DNA of 64,000 bases from contig OZ244905.1 of the NCBI GenBank assembly GCA_965221695.1, positions 1,760,001 through 1,824,000 on the forward strand. Reading direction: 5' to 3'. The notes beneath the pieces are model-generated. The model ran no database searches. It saw nothing but the letters and a program-made list of their open reading frames with translations, and had not been told where the DNA came from. The stretch's first letter is position 1; the number at the start of each line of letters is the position of its first letter. Of this stretch, positions 1 through 10,548 are shown piece by piece. The DNA comes from Gammaproteobacteria bacterium (GTDB lineage Bacteria; Pseudomonadota; Gammaproteobacteria; Eutrophobiales; Eutrophobiaceae). The position numbers and the translations under genes were made by a program.

Positions 1-1089
1 GTATTGATCGAATTTGCCGTCCTTGGTCTTACCGTCCAGCAGACCGACCGAACTGAAGTCCGGCGAAACCTCTGTCTCGTTCAGGTTGTCAAAACGCGAA
101 TAGCCGCCCAGCAGGGTAACAACATGGTCGCCAACATCCCAGTCGATATTCACCGAAGCGTTCATCGTGTCAATGGATTTGACCTGTGGGTTGTCATTGA
201 ACAACGCATAAGGACCGGCCGCCGCCCCGTTGTCGCGCCGCCCGTCCCTAACGCATTCTGTGCTCCCAAACGGAGTCTGGATGAAATCTATCCCTTCCGT
301 GGTGCATACCAGTTGCTCGTCGCGGCCGTCCGTATCCATTTCCGTGTATTCCAGTTTGGCGACAACATCAACCGTAGCGCTTGGCGCCCAGGTGATAACA
401 CCGCGGATGGCCAGGTTTTCCACCTCGGGTTCGTCCCGGTTGAATCGGGTATTCCTCAAGTAACCACCATCCTCCTTGAAACGCATGGCCAGGCGCGCGC
501 CAAGTTCGTCGCTCACTGGCCCGGACAATACGCCTTCGACCGAATATCCATCGTATTCCGCTTCATAACCGCCGCTCAGGTAGCCCTCGAATTCATCGCC
601 GGGGCGCGCAGACACCACGCTGACCACACCACCGGTAGCATTTTTACCGAACAGAACCGCCTGCGGTCCCTTCACCAACTCTATCCGTTCGACATCGAAC
701 ATGGGCGCTAGAAATTGTGTCGGTCGCCCGCCGTAGATGCCATCCGAGAACAATACCACCTGAGATTCAAAACCGCGGTTGCCGCCACTGGCGCCCAGGC
801 CGCGCACCGCTACGATGGGTTGGAAGGGCGATGCCGAATACTGTACATTCGGCACCCTCTCAGAGAGGTCGGCTATCTGATAGATATTATTATCTAAGAC
901 GAATTCCCCGCTGAATGCTTGTATCGCGATGGGGACATCAGTCAGCGATTGTTCGCGCTTCTGCGCGGTAACGATGACTTCCTCAAGGGTCGCGGAAAAC
1001 GCGGTATGGGTTGAGAATACAAGGAAGCCTGCCATACAAAGGCTGCAGAGCTTCCCGGCGGATGATATGGATTGCAAGCTGTTGCGCAT
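1..1089 (-). CDS. TonB-dependent receptor, N-terminal part (runs off the window edge)
   Basis: Own translation of the minus strand from ATG 1089: signal-like N-terminus, then LEEVIVTAQKREQSLTDVPIAI and FDVERIELVKGPQAVLFGKNATGG (plug domain). Frame is open to base 1, so it is absent from the ORF track. Confidence 0.9.
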   Translation of the reverse strand, partial: MRNSLQSISSAGKLCSLCMAGFLVFSTHTAFSATLEEVIVTAQKREQSLTDVPIAIQAFSGEFVLDNNIYQIADLSERVPNVQYSASPFQPIVAVRGLGASGGNRGFESQVVLFSDGIYGGRPTQFLAPMFDVERIELVKGPQAVLFGKNATGGVVSVVSARPGDEFEGYLSGGYEAEYDGYSVEGVLSGPVSDELGARLAMRFKEDGGYLRNTRFNRDEPEVENLAIRGVITWAPSATVDVVAKLEYTEMDTDGRDEQLVCTTEGIDFIQTPFGSTECVRDGRRDNGAAAGPYALFNDNPQVKSIDTMNASVNIDWDVGDHVVTLLGGYSRFDNLNETEVSPDFSSVGLLDGKTKDGKFDQY

Positions 1090-1339
1090 TCTAATTCCCC
1101 CGGAAGTTACGCTGTTATACGATGTTGCATTTTCTGCAACAAAAACCAGTTCATGTGTCATTATCCGGCTTCTGATATTTTATCCTTTGAATTAAATATG
1201 AAAGACTTGGATCTAACAAAGCCCTAACGTCCTACTCTACAGTCTGATCGTCCAATAATCACCTGACCATCGCTGAGGCTGTGGCATTTTCGATACACCC
1301 GTTTAAGGAACATCTTATATCAGGTCATGGTTTGCTTCG

Positions 1340-1813
1340 CTACGCGATGATCAGAAAAAATTGGAGCAGCAATACACTGACCATCGTGAACAGGCCGGTA
1401 TGGTGCAGGGCCGCCAGGCGCCCGGTGCCGGCGCGTACTTTGGCAATATCGCCGTCATAGGGAACCTCTGCAACGCCCCTGATGCGGGCGCGTAAGCGGG
1501 AAAACAGGTAAGTCATCATAACCAGGAAAAACCCCAGGATGATCAGCGATGGCCGGTCAAAATCCCGCTGCAAGGCTTGCAAGATCAGCAATACCAGGCC
1601 CGTAAGCGTCGTGGTGATCATAGTCGGCGGCAGTAATGGGATCAGGCGCTGCAGCGCTTCGTGAACAAACCGCGCATCCTTGTCGGCAGCTTTCTCACTC
1701 TCTGCATTGCGCATCAGCGACCACACTGGTTTTTCCAGGCAGGAGAGCACATAAAAGATCCCGCTTCCAAACGCAAAGCAAAATACAATCAGCGCAGCGA
1801 TAAGTTCATTCAT
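1340..1813 (-). CDS. Small multi-pass membrane protein (possibly DUF1772/anthrone-oxygenase-like)
   Basis: 157 aa with about four hydrophobic segments; GGAGG RBS upstream. Confidence 0.6.
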   Translation of the reverse strand: MNELIAALIVFCFAFGSGIFYVLSCLEKPVWSLMRNAESEKAADKDARFVHEALQRLIPLLPPTMITTTLTGLVLLILQALQRDFDRPSLIILGFFLVMMTYLFSRLRARIRGVAEVPYDGDIAKVRAGTGRLAALHHTGLFTMVSVLLLQFFLIIA

Positions 1814-1903
1814 GTCAGGCCTCCGGTAAAAAATGGTACTATAATTCTGAACAAATCATAGCTTTCTGAAAAATGAAAAACACGTAAAAAGCGAGGAACT
1901 GTC

Positions 1904-2491
1904 ATGGCAATTATCGAACCATTGCAACGCGAGCAGGCGCCGGAACTGGAAAATTACTTTGCGGTATGGGACGAGCGCATGGGCTACCTGCCGAATGCGC
2001 TGATGACCATGGCGCGCAAACCGAAGATGGTGCAGGCGCTGGCACAACTTTCCGAGGCTGTGCATAACGATTGCAGCCTCTCGCCTGATGTCAGGGGACT
2101 GGTTGGGCAGATGGCGAGCAAAGTACATGGCTGTAATTATTGTCTTGCCCACACTGCTGCCAACTCTGAACGCTATGGCGTTGACGTTGAAAAGATCGCG
2201 CGCATGTGGGAGTTCGAGACCTGCGACCTGTTCACTGATGCCGAGCGCGCAGCGCTGCGTTTTGCCGCGGCGTCTGCCTCGGTGCCCAACGCGGTCGATG
2301 AGGACCTGGCCGAAGACCTGAAACGTCATTTCAATGATACGGAAATTGTCGAGATCATGGGAGTTATCTGTTACTACGGCTGGTGGAACCGGTGGAACCC
2401 CTCACTGGCGACAGTGCTGGAAACGCATCCCCGGGAATTCGCCGAGCAACATCTTGACGCAACGAAATGGAATATCGGCCAGCATGGCTGA
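1904..2491 (+). CDS. AhpD/carboxymuconolactone decarboxylase family protein
   Basis: GCNYCLAH CxxC motif, FTDAERAALRFA and EIVEI motifs; GAGGA RBS. Confidence 0.88.
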   Translation: MAIIEPLQREQAPELENYFAVWDERMGYLPNALMTMARKPKMVQALAQLSEAVHNDCSLSPDVRGLVGQMASKVHGCNYCLAHTAANSERYGVDVEKIARMWEFETCDLFTDAERAALRFAAASASVPNAVDEDLAEDLKRHFNDTEIVEIMGVICYYGWWNRWNPSLATVLETHPREFAEQHLDATKWNIGQHG

Positions 2492-2516
2492 TGGATCGTC
2501 AGCCGCGATAAATTGG

Positions 2517-2549
2517 GGAAACTCTGAGGTTTAATCAGAGCTTCCTTAA
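2517..2549. repeat. Short palindromic MITE/REP-like element
   Basis: GGAAACTCTGAGGTTTAATCAGAGCTTCC followed by TTAA, between convergent genes. Confidence 0.85.
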
Positions 2550-2598
2550 CTGCTGAACTTCTGCTTGCATCGTAAGGATGGTCAGATAAACTCATACT

Positions 2599-3645
2599 TC
2601 ATGCAGCCGGCGCCGCGTTCTCTGTTTGAGTCATGTTTCTTTCGCGCCGGCGCAGCATTTTCTGCGTCAATTTCGGCGCCACCCCGGGGCGGCTGTACGG
2701 GCAGGTTGTAAGACAAATCGCACAAGCCTTGTTTTCCGTCATGTATGGCACGCACTTGTCGAAATCGACATACCAGCGATAAGTGCCGCGCACCCATTGC
2801 TTCTCATTGCTGATTGCGCCAGGTGGGCAATCTTCCACGCACTTCTGGCAACTCATGCAGAAATCATCCGAGGCAATATCGCGCGGCTGGTCCGGGACCA
2901 GGGGCGCATCTGTTACCACATCGGCAAGGCGAAACGCCGAACCAAGCTGGTCATTGATGATGGAACCATGTTTCCCCAGGTTGCCGAACCCGGCTTCAAT
3001 CGCATGCGGTAAAGTAAGAAACATTTCGCCCTTGGTGGTATCGAGTCCTCCATGCGCGGTTGCATTATAGCCCTGGCTGCGTAGCCAGTTGGCAACATCA
3101 AAAGCGGCTTTTTGCGAACGTTCATAACCGCCAATCACCTGTTCGATGGTGTGACTGAAATCCCGATCCAGGTTCAGGGCAAGTTTTTCATAATCCATCG
3201 CCCGACCGATGATAATTACCCAGGGATACGGGGGTTCTCCCGTGCCTTCGTAACGGTATTCAGGCTTGTATCGGGTCACTCCGACGATATCCACCTGCGG
3301 GTGTTGCAGCGCAAATTCCTTCATCTTCGAGGTAAATGCTTCAGGCGTTTCCTTACCCTGCGATTTTGCTATCGAGCGATGCCCAAAACGGGTGCGCATG
3401 CTGTGCCGAATCACAATTCCCAAGGTCTTCCAGCTAGCGAATATCGCGTTTACGTGAAACCAGTTCATGTATGTGCTCAAAGGATGTTTTGCGAACGGCA
3501 TAAAGGACGGGTCAGGACGCGAGACCTCCCGCTGGCCCAGGCGATTGACATCGTTGCCGGATAAATGCTCCGGCCACAACCAACGTCCGATCAAGGACTG
3601 CTGGAAATCATGTTTGCCGCGTTCTATACCTCTGAAAAGCCCCAT
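2599..3645 (-). CDS. Reductive dehalogenase-like (RdhA/QueG superfamily) cobalamin and 2x[4Fe-4S] protein, copy 2
   Basis: AIEAGFGNLGKHG, FRLADVVTDAPL, CMSCQKCVEDCP and CAICLTTCP motifs; no Tat signal. Confidence 0.8.
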   Translation of the reverse strand: MGLFRGIERGKHDFQQSLIGRWLWPEHLSGNDVNRLGQREVSRPDPSFMPFAKHPLSTYMNWFHVNAIFASWKTLGIVIRHSMRTRFGHRSIAKSQGKETPEAFTSKMKEFALQHPQVDIVGVTRYKPEYRYEGTGEPPYPWVIIIGRAMDYEKLALNLDRDFSHTIEQVIGGYERSQKAAFDVANWLRSQGYNATAHGGLDTTKGEMFLTLPHAIEAGFGNLGKHGSIINDQLGSAFRLADVVTDAPLVPDQPRDIASDDFCMSCQKCVEDCPPGAISNEKQWVRGTYRWYVDFDKCVPYMTENKACAICLTTCPYSRPGVAPKLTQKMLRRRERNMTQTENAAPAA

Positions 3646-3661
3646 GGGATACCTCCCAGCG

Positions 3662-4702
3662 CTATGCCGGCATGGATTGGCCCGGCGGGGTTTGCAGGCG
3701 CTCCTGCCGCTTTAACATCTTTTGAGTAAGCTTCGGCGCCACGCCCGGCCGACTGTAAGGACAGGTGGACAGGCAAATCGCACAGCCTTTCGTCTCCGTC
3801 ATAAACGGCGCGCACTTGTCAAAGTCCACGTACCAGCGCATCGCCCCGTTGACAACTTGTTTATCATTGGTGATTGCGCCAGGCGGGCAATCGGTCACAC
3901 ATTTCTGGCAACTGGCGCAAAAGTCTTCACTACCGATATCCTTGGGCGCATCCGCAATTAACGGTAGGTCGGTGAGTACACAAGACATACGAAACGCGGA
4001 ACCCAGTTCGTCGCTGATCAGCGACCCGTGTTTGCCGAGCGTGCCCAACCCGGCTTCTATCGCGGGCGGAATGGCAAGAAACATGTTTTCCGGCTTGAAC
4101 GTGAGCGTGCCGATGCCGCGCGCCTGCCAACCTTGGGAGCGAATCCAGTTGGCGAGATCGACTGCCGCCTTCTGCGTGCGCTCATAACCGCCGATGACTT
4201 CTTTCAGCGCATGATCAAAATTACGTTCGGTCAAGTTGCGTGACAGCTTGTCATAATCCATTCTGCGCGCAAGCATGATCACCCAGGGCAGTTCTGTCGT
4301 GGGGAACGTATCATAGTAGTATTCATCCCGCATCGGCGCCACGCCAACAGTTTCAATCTCGGGATGCGCGATAGCCACCTCCTTCATCCGCGCGGTAAAT
4401 TCTTCCGCGCTCCCACTGACACGTGTCGGACTGATACGCTTGTGGCCGAACAGTTCCCGAAACCAGTGAATCGTCCAGGACTTCAACGCGCCAAAATTGC
4501 CGAAGTAACAACGCAGCAAAAAATATATCATCAGAAATTTCCACGGATGCTGCACCGTGCCGTGGAACGGCGGATCCGGCCGCTTGGTGTCAGTAGCGCC
4601 GACCCGGTTGAAATCATTACCTGATGTTTCGGGGATCAACCAGCGCGAGATGGCGCCGGGGATATAGCCCCCATCAACTTCCCGACCGTGAAAAAGCCCC
4701 AT
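3662..4702 (-). CDS. Reductive dehalogenase-like (RdhA/QueG superfamily) cobalamin and 2x[4Fe-4S] protein, copy 1
   Basis: AIEAGLGTLGKHG, CASCQKCVTDCP and CAICLSTCP motifs; full-length paralogue of 2599-3645. Confidence 0.8.
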   Translation of the reverse strand: MGLFHGREVDGGYIPGAISRWLIPETSGNDFNRVGATDTKRPDPPFHGTVQHPWKFLMIYFLLRCYFGNFGALKSWTIHWFRELFGHKRISPTRVSGSAEEFTARMKEVAIAHPEIETVGVAPMRDEYYYDTFPTTELPWVIMLARRMDYDKLSRNLTERNFDHALKEVIGGYERTQKAAVDLANWIRSQGWQARGIGTLTFKPENMFLAIPPAIEAGLGTLGKHGSLISDELGSAFRMSCVLTDLPLIADAPKDIGSEDFCASCQKCVTDCPPGAITNDKQVVNGAMRWYVDFDKCAPFMTETKGCAICLSTCPYSRPGVAPKLTQKMLKRQERLQTPPGQSMPA

Positions 4703-4986
4703 CTGGTATTTACTTGATAGTAATGCTGGTTGATATGATATTTCAGATTAATTCCGACACCCGATTTGGATGAGCTATTCGGTCAGATTGACGCAATTGT
4801 TGATTGTCCTGTCATTCAGTTATCCGAAATCAAGTGTGACGACAGGTCAATCGTACTGCGAATTACTGGAATTTGCTGATCTAACAGTATCAGCAATAGG
4901 TTTATGCGTCCAATAATCTCCTTATAGTCTGAATACTGAAGCGTAGAGCATTCTCCCACAAAAATGGGAGTCCTGTCATACAAGAG

Positions 4987-7272
4987 TTACAGACTCTTGG
5001 TTTTGCCCAACTCCAGACGCACCAGGAAAATAAGGAGCAACAACGCGCCCAGCGCAAACACGACATCGCCCGGCACTCTCAGCCAGACCAGCGTTTCCAT
5101 CACTGGCGAATGCAGCAACTCGGGCGAACGCGCATGCCAGTAGCTCTGGTCGAACGAGACTATGGCCTGGATGATGCCTTGTGGCAGTAACGAACCGAAC
5201 ACCATCAGCGCCAGGCCGCCGTTGAACAACCAGAAAACCCAGCGAAGGATACGATCGGACCAGGCGTCTGCCGTTTGGGGCAGATCGCGCCGGCAAAGCA
5301 GCATCAGACCGATACCCAACATGCCGTAAACGCCAAACAGCGCGGCATGGCCATGAGCAGGCGTAGTCATCAGGCCCTGCAGGTAATAAAGTGACAGGGG
5401 CGGATTGATGAGAAAACCGAGCACGCCGGCGCCAACCAGATTCCAGAAAGCGACAGCCAGAAAAAACATCAACGGCAGGTGGTAACGGCTGACCCAGGGG
5501 GCGTGGCGTTCGGCTCGCCAATGATCATGGGCCTCGAAGGCGATTAAAGCCAACGGCACGACTTCAAGAGCCGAGAACACCGCGCCGAGCGCCAGCACGG
5601 CGGCGGGCGTGCCGGCAAAATACAGGTGATGGAAAGTGCCCAACACACCGCCACCCAGAAAAATCATTGCTGAGAACATCACATAAACCGCGGCGGTTTG
5701 TGGCCGCAACAACCGCATATAAACAAACACCCAAGCCACCCATGCGGTGGCAAACACCTCGAACACACCTTCCACCCAGAGATGCACTACCCACCAGCGC
5801 CAGTACTCGGCAATAGTCAGGTGAGTATCTTTTTCATACATCAAACCGGCGCCAAACAACAGGCCGATAGCAGCCGAGGAAAACAGCAGCAGTATGAGCA
5901 GATGCCGGTCTTCATCTCTCCGGTTAATCGCTGGAATAACGCAACGCGCCATCAGCGCCAGCCAGATGAGCAATCCGGCAAAAATGAGTATCTGCCAAAA
6001 GCGTCCCATATCCAGGAACTCGTAGCCTTGGTGACCGAACCAGTACACCAGAGTCGGATCAGTGAGCCGCCCGGTCAGAGCCAACCATTCGCCGACCAGG
6101 GAGCCAAGCGTTGCAATCACCAGCGCAGCCCAAAGAATGTCTACCCCCAACTTCTGACTGGGTGGCTCTATACCAGCGATTAAAGGCGCAAGATACAGTC
6201 CCGCGCCAAGCCAGGCCGTCGCAATCCAAAGCACCGCCAATTGAACATGCCAGGTGCGAGTCAACGCATACGGCGCGACATCCGCCAGCGGAAAGCCGTA
6301 AAACTCATGGCCTTCCACAGCATAATGCGCGGTAATGGCGCCCAGCACAATCTGTAAACCCAGCAAGGCCGCTACCACCCAGATGTATTTCACGACAGCT
6401 CGCATGGAGGCGGTAGGTTGAGCGGCGCTGATGGGACTGACTTCGTCCGCTCCGGCAAGCGGTTCGGTATCTTTACTCCATTCCTCGCGTTCTCTCAAAA
6501 AGAACCAACATAACGCGCCAATGCCCGCGATCAGCAATACGACGGAAATAAATGTCCAGATGAAAATAACCGCGTCGGGCTTGTTCCCCACCAGTGGCTC
6601 GTGAGGCCAGTTATTGGTATAGGAGACGTTATCATCCGGGCGCAAAGTCGCCGCGGCCCAGGCCGTCCACCACCACCATGACACCAGCGCGCGAATATCT
6701 TCATCCGGATTGGGCCCCAACGGTGAGTTCGGAATGGCAAAGGCCTCGCGCAACTTTTCCGCCTCAGGCCCGTCGCCAGCGCCGCCGAATAATGCCAGGT
6801 AATGGGGGATAATGGTCTCAATCGCCTGCGCTCTTTGCTGGGATATGATGATGCGATCCGTCTCCGAATCGTAGGTGTTGATGCGCAGGCGGGTGGCAAA
6901 TTCTGCAACCCGCGCGGCGCGCTCCGGTTCAGTCAGCAACGCGAAATCCCCATTGGCATCCAACATCGCCAGCGCTTCCCGATGCAGCACATCGGCCGTC
7001 CAGTCCGGCGCCAGGTAACTGCCGTGGCCCCACACTGAACCCAACTCCATACCACCCAGGCGCCGCCATACATCCCGTCCCCTATGGATGTCAGCCTCGG
7101 AAAATACCACGTTCGTTACGCCTTCGCTAATCGTTACAACCTGGTCAGGCATGGGAGGCGCCTGCTGGAACGCCCTGCCGCCGACAAACAGCAGGATGCT
7201 GAACATCAGGATCAGAGAAACAGCGAATAACGTCCAGAGTCTTCGGAAGGTAAAAATCTCGCGGTAGTTCAT
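4987..7272 (-). CDS. norB: Quinol-dependent nitric oxide reductase (qNor, single subunit)
   Basis: GSVWGHGSYLAPDWTAD, WWVVHLWVEGVFEVF, GTFHHLYF, HGHAALFGVYG and RVPGD motifs. Confidence 0.95.
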   Translation of the reverse strand: MNYREIFTFRRLWTLFAVSLILMFSILLFVGGRAFQQAPPMPDQVVTISEGVTNVVFSEADIHRGRDVWRRLGGMELGSVWGHGSYLAPDWTADVLHREALAMLDANGDFALLTEPERAARVAEFATRLRINTYDSETDRIIISQQRAQAIETIIPHYLALFGGAGDGPEAEKLREAFAIPNSPLGPNPDEDIRALVSWWWWTAWAAATLRPDDNVSYTNNWPHEPLVGNKPDAVIFIWTFISVVLLIAGIGALCWFFLREREEWSKDTEPLAGADEVSPISAAQPTASMRAVVKYIWVVAALLGLQIVLGAITAHYAVEGHEFYGFPLADVAPYALTRTWHVQLAVLWIATAWLGAGLYLAPLIAGIEPPSQKLGVDILWAALVIATLGSLVGEWLALTGRLTDPTLVYWFGHQGYEFLDMGRFWQILIFAGLLIWLALMARCVIPAINRRDEDRHLLILLLFSSAAIGLLFGAGLMYEKDTHLTIAEYWRWWVVHLWVEGVFEVFATAWVAWVFVYMRLLRPQTAAVYVMFSAMIFLGGGVLGTFHHLYFAGTPAAVLALGAVFSALEVVPLALIAFEAHDHWRAERHAPWVSRYHLPLMFFLAVAFWNLVGAGVLGFLINPPLSLYYLQGLMTTPAHGHAALFGVYGMLGIGLMLLCRRDLPQTADAWSDRILRWVFWLFNGGLALMVFGSLLPQGIIQAIVSFDQSYWHARSPELLHSPVMETLVWLRVPGDVVFALGALLLLIFLVRLELGKTKSL

Positions 7273-7367
7273 GGCGTTACCTCGGTTTTGCCTGATTTCA
7301 GGATGATACTAACGATTATACTGACAATGAATTGATGAAAGTCAAATTTTACTCCGCATTATTCTCT

Positions 7368-7394
7368 GGAAGCTCTGACTTAATCAGAGTTTCC
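7368..7394. repeat. Short palindromic MITE/REP-like element
   Basis: GGAAGCTCTGACTTAATCAGAGTTTCC, identical to 54610-54636. Confidence 0.9.
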
Positions 7395-7612
7395 CTCTGT
7401 TGTAATAACGGGCTGAGCATACGGGCGAGACGCTCGCGAACCCGGGGAGAGGGGGATGACACACACCATTTCCTGGAAAACAGGGAGCGAACAATATTCG
7501 ATCCGACCCACACTCCCGTGCCTGTGGCGCCATACTGGCTTTTTCCAAGCAACTGCATTATCTTGTTTCACAATGGCGCGCTTCTTTTTTTATCAAAAAT
7601 AATCAGCTAACG

Positions 7613-8503
7613 ATGACGTTTCAACAATTGATTGTCGCCCTGCAACAGTTTTGGTCTGAGCAGGGCTGTGTCATACAACAACCCTATGATATGGAAGTTG
7701 GCGCCGGCACTTTTCATCCGGCCACTTTTCTGCGCGCGATCGGTCCGGAGCCCTGGAATACCGCATACGCGCAACCTTCCAGGCGTCCCGCGGATGGTCG
7801 TTATGGTGAAAATCCGAACCGTCTTCAGCGTTATTACCAGTTCCAGACACTGCTGAAGCCTTCGCCGCCTGATATCCAGGAACTCTACCTGGCTTCACTA
7901 CGACATCTCGGGATTGACACGCTGACCCATGACGTAAGATTCATCGAAGATAATTGGGAATCGCCCACCCTCGGCGCTTGGGGTCTGGGCTGGGAAGTGT
8001 GGCTGAACGGTATGGAGATCAGCCAGTTCACTTACTTTCAACAGGTTGGGGGATTGGAGTGCAGGCCGGTTTCAGGTGAAATTACCTACGGTCTGGAGCG
8101 AATCGCTGTGTACCTGCAGAATGTTGATAGCGTCTACGATCTGGTCTGGGTTAACGGGCAAGATGGCCCCGTGACCTATGGCGATATCCATCACCAGGAT
8201 GAAGTGGAATTGTCAACCTACAATTTCGAGAAGGCGGACACTCAAGCTTTGTTTCGCTGGTTTGATGAATGCGAGTCGCAATGCATGAAGCTGATTGAGG
8301 ATGACCTGCCCCTGCCCGCTTATGAACTGGTACTCAAGGCATCGCATATCTTCAATCTGCTGGATGCCAGACACGCTATCAGCGTGACCGAAAGGCAACG
8401 TTTCATACTCAGAGTCAGAACCACGGCGCGCGCGGTTGCGCGCAGTTATTTCGACAAGAGGGAAAAACTGGGATTTCCATTGTGCGCAAACAAGACTTAC
8501 TGA
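7613..8503 (+). CDS. glyQ: Glycine--tRNA ligase alpha subunit
   Basis: TFQQLI...[26 protein letters not shown] and EITYGLERI motifs. Confidence 0.98.
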   Translation: MTFQQLIVALQQFWSEQGCVIQQPYDMEVGAGTFHPATFLRAIGPEPWNTAYAQPSRRPADGRYGENPNRLQRYYQFQTLLKPSPPDIQELYLASLRHLGIDTLTHDVRFIEDNWESPTLGAWGLGWEVWLNGMEISQFTYFQQVGGLECRPVSGEITYGLERIAVYLQNVDSVYDLVWVNGQDGPVTYGDIHHQDEVELSTYNFEKADTQALFRWFDECESQCMKLIEDDLPLPAYELVLKASHIFNLLDARHAISVTERQRFILRVRTTARAVARSYFDKREKLGFPLCANKTY

Positions 8504-10548
8504 TCGAAATAGGGACGGAAGAATTGCCGCCAAAGTCGCTGACCCGACTGGCGTCCTCACTGGCTGAAGCTATCGCCCAGGGTCTGCAGGAAAAGGCCCT
8601 TGACCATGGAGATTATTCATGGCACGCCACCCCGCGCCGGCTTGCCGTCATTGTGAAAGAGCTTGCGGATGCCCAGGCAGACAAAGAATCAGTAAAACGC
8701 GGACCGGCCCTGGCGTCTGCCTATGATCAAGCAGGCAATCCTACCCGGGCCGCGCAGGGGTTTGCCCGCGCCTGTGGCGTAGAGGTTTCAGACCTTGATA
8801 TCCTGGAAACAGACAAAGGCAGTTGGCTGTCTTATCGCCACCTTGCCAAGGGAGCCAGAGCAGAACAACTGCTACCCGAAATCATCGCCCGGGCCCTGGC
8901 TGGATTGCCCATATCAAGACGCATGCGCTGGGGTGACGGCGACATCGAGTTTGTCCGACCCGTCCATTGGGTGGTCCTGTTGTTCGGAAAAGATATTATC
9001 CCGGCAACAATCCTGGGAACGGAAACAGGCCGGGAAACCCGCGGGCATCGTTTTCATCATCCGGCATCAATAGCCCTGGCCTGCCCTGACGAATACCTGG
9101 GAAAACTGCAAAAACCGGGACATGTTATAGCCGATTTCAGGGAGAGAAAAAAACAAATCAGACAAGCTGTGACAGAACTGGCGCAGACTGTTGGCAGAAG
9201 CGCATTGATTGATGATAATTTGCTGGATGAAGTGACCGCGCTGGTGGAATGGCCTGTGGCTATCGCCGGCTCGTTTGATGATGAGTTTCTTGAATTACCG
9301 AGGGAGGCGCTGATCGCCAGCATGCAGTCGCACCAGAAATACTTTCCCGTCTTGCGCCAGGATAACCGCGAGCTGACTGCTGATTTTATTTTCATAGCCA
9401 ATATCGACAGCGCCTCCCCGGATGCAATCAAGCGCGGGAACGAACGGGTCATCCGCCCGCGTCTGAGCGACGCTGCGTTTTTCTGGGAACGGGACCGCAA
9501 CCAATCCCTGGAAAGTTTTTCAACAAAACTGGACAAGGTCATCTTTGAACAACAGTTGGGGACTCTTGGGGACAAAGCCGCGCGGGTTGAACAACTCGGG
9601 GCATATATAGCGGAGCAACTTGGATTTGAAACCAGCTTGGCTGTGCGCGCTGCGCAACTGGCGAAATGTGACCTGATAAGCGATATGGTTGGCGAGTTTC
9701 CGGAACTGCAGGGAATAATGGGGCGTTATTATGCGCTGGAGTCCAATGAGCATCCGGAAGTGGCCAGAGCGCTGGAAGAACAGTATATGCCACGATATGC
9801 CGGCGCCGACTTGCCGGAAACTGATACTGGTATGGCCCTTGCGTTGGCCGACAAACTGGATACGCTGACAGGAATTTTTGCCATCGGCAAGGCGCCCACT
9901 GGCGACAAGGATCCCTTTGGCTTGCGCCGCGCGGCCCTGGGGTGTTTGCGCATCATGATAGAACGCGAGTTGCCCCTGGACCTGGAGGCTTGTCTAACGT
10001 ATTCAGCCGACAGATTTCCGGATTCGGTCAAGGCTGCCACCACGGTCTCCAAGGTATTTGATTTCATGCTGGACAGGTTGCGGCGTTATTATCTTGATAA
10101 TGGTGTAAATCCGGCAGTGTTCGATGCGACGCTGGCATGCCGCCCGGTCCGACCCCATGATTTCCACCTAAGGACACTGGCAGTAAGCGAATTTCTGCGC
10201 TTGCCGGAAGCGGCCAGCCTGGTGACGGCCAACAAACGCATCAGAAACATTCTTAAACAAGCGCAGTACTCCGGCAAATCCCAACCGGATGAAACGCTGC
10301 TTATTGAAAAAACGGAGCGAGAGCTATATCAGCAAATAAATTCGCCCGGTATACTGGCACATGAGTCTTCCGACGATTACATTGCCCGGCTGACCGCGCT
10401 GGCGGGCCTGAGAGATTACGTGGATGCTTTTTTTGATGAGGTAATGGTCTTGTGCGAGGACGAAACCTTGAGGAATAACCGCCTCGCCCTGTTGAACCAA
10501 TTGCGCCAATTGTTCCTGGCTACCGCGGACATTTCAAGACTGCAATGA
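8482..10548 (+). CDS. glyS: Glycine--tRNA ligase beta subunit
   Basis: [22 protein letters not shown] and DPFGLRRAA motifs; follows glyQ. Confidence 0.98.
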   Translation: MRKQDLLIEIGTEELPPKSLTRLASSLAEAIAQGLQEKALDHGDYSWHATPRRLAVIVKELADAQADKESVKRGPALASAYDQAGNPTRAAQGFARACGVEVSDLDILETDKGSWLSYRHLAKGARAEQLLPEIIARALAGLPISRRMRWGDGDIEFVRPVHWVVLLFGKDIIPATILGTETGRETRGHRFHHPASIALACPDEYLGKLQKPGHVIADFRERKKQIRQAVTELAQTVGRSALIDDNLLDEVTALVEWPVAIAGSFDDEFLELPREALIASMQSHQKYFPVLRQDNRELTADFIFIANIDSASPDAIKRGNERVIRPRLSDAAFFWERDRNQSLESFSTKLDKVIFEQQLGTLGDKAARVEQLGAYIAEQLGFETSLAVRAAQLAKCDLISDMVGEFPELQGIMGRYYALESNEHPEVARALEEQYMPRYAGADLPETDTGMALALADKLDTLTGIFAIGKAPTGDKDPFGLRRAALGCLRIMIERELPLDLEACLTYSADRFPDSVKAATTVSKVFDFMLDRLRRYYLDNGVNPAVFDATLACRPVRPHDFHLRTLAVSEFLRLPEAASLVTANKRIRNILKQAQYSGKSQPDETLLIEKTERELYQQINSPGILAHESSDDYIARLTALAGLRDYVDAFFDEVMVLCEDETLRNNRLALLNQLRQLFLATADISRLQ

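Noticed and set aside
4-711. 235-aa plus-strand ORF and similar long antisense ORFs (e.g. 20531-21295, 27703-28197, 42907-43890, 61634-62947)
   Set aside because: They are shadow frames opposite well-supported genes and have no recognisable motifs.
2599-4702. Epoxyqueuosine reductase QueG
   Set aside because: Lacks the QueG DYH and GCDxCQ motifs, occurs as a tandem pair and is not in the usual tsaE/amiB context.
4987-7272. Possible NO dismutase (Nod) rather than qNor
   Set aside because: The non-heme iron ligands (HLWVEG, GTFHH), catalytic glutamates and quinol-site His/Asp look canonical; I see no Nod-type substitutions.
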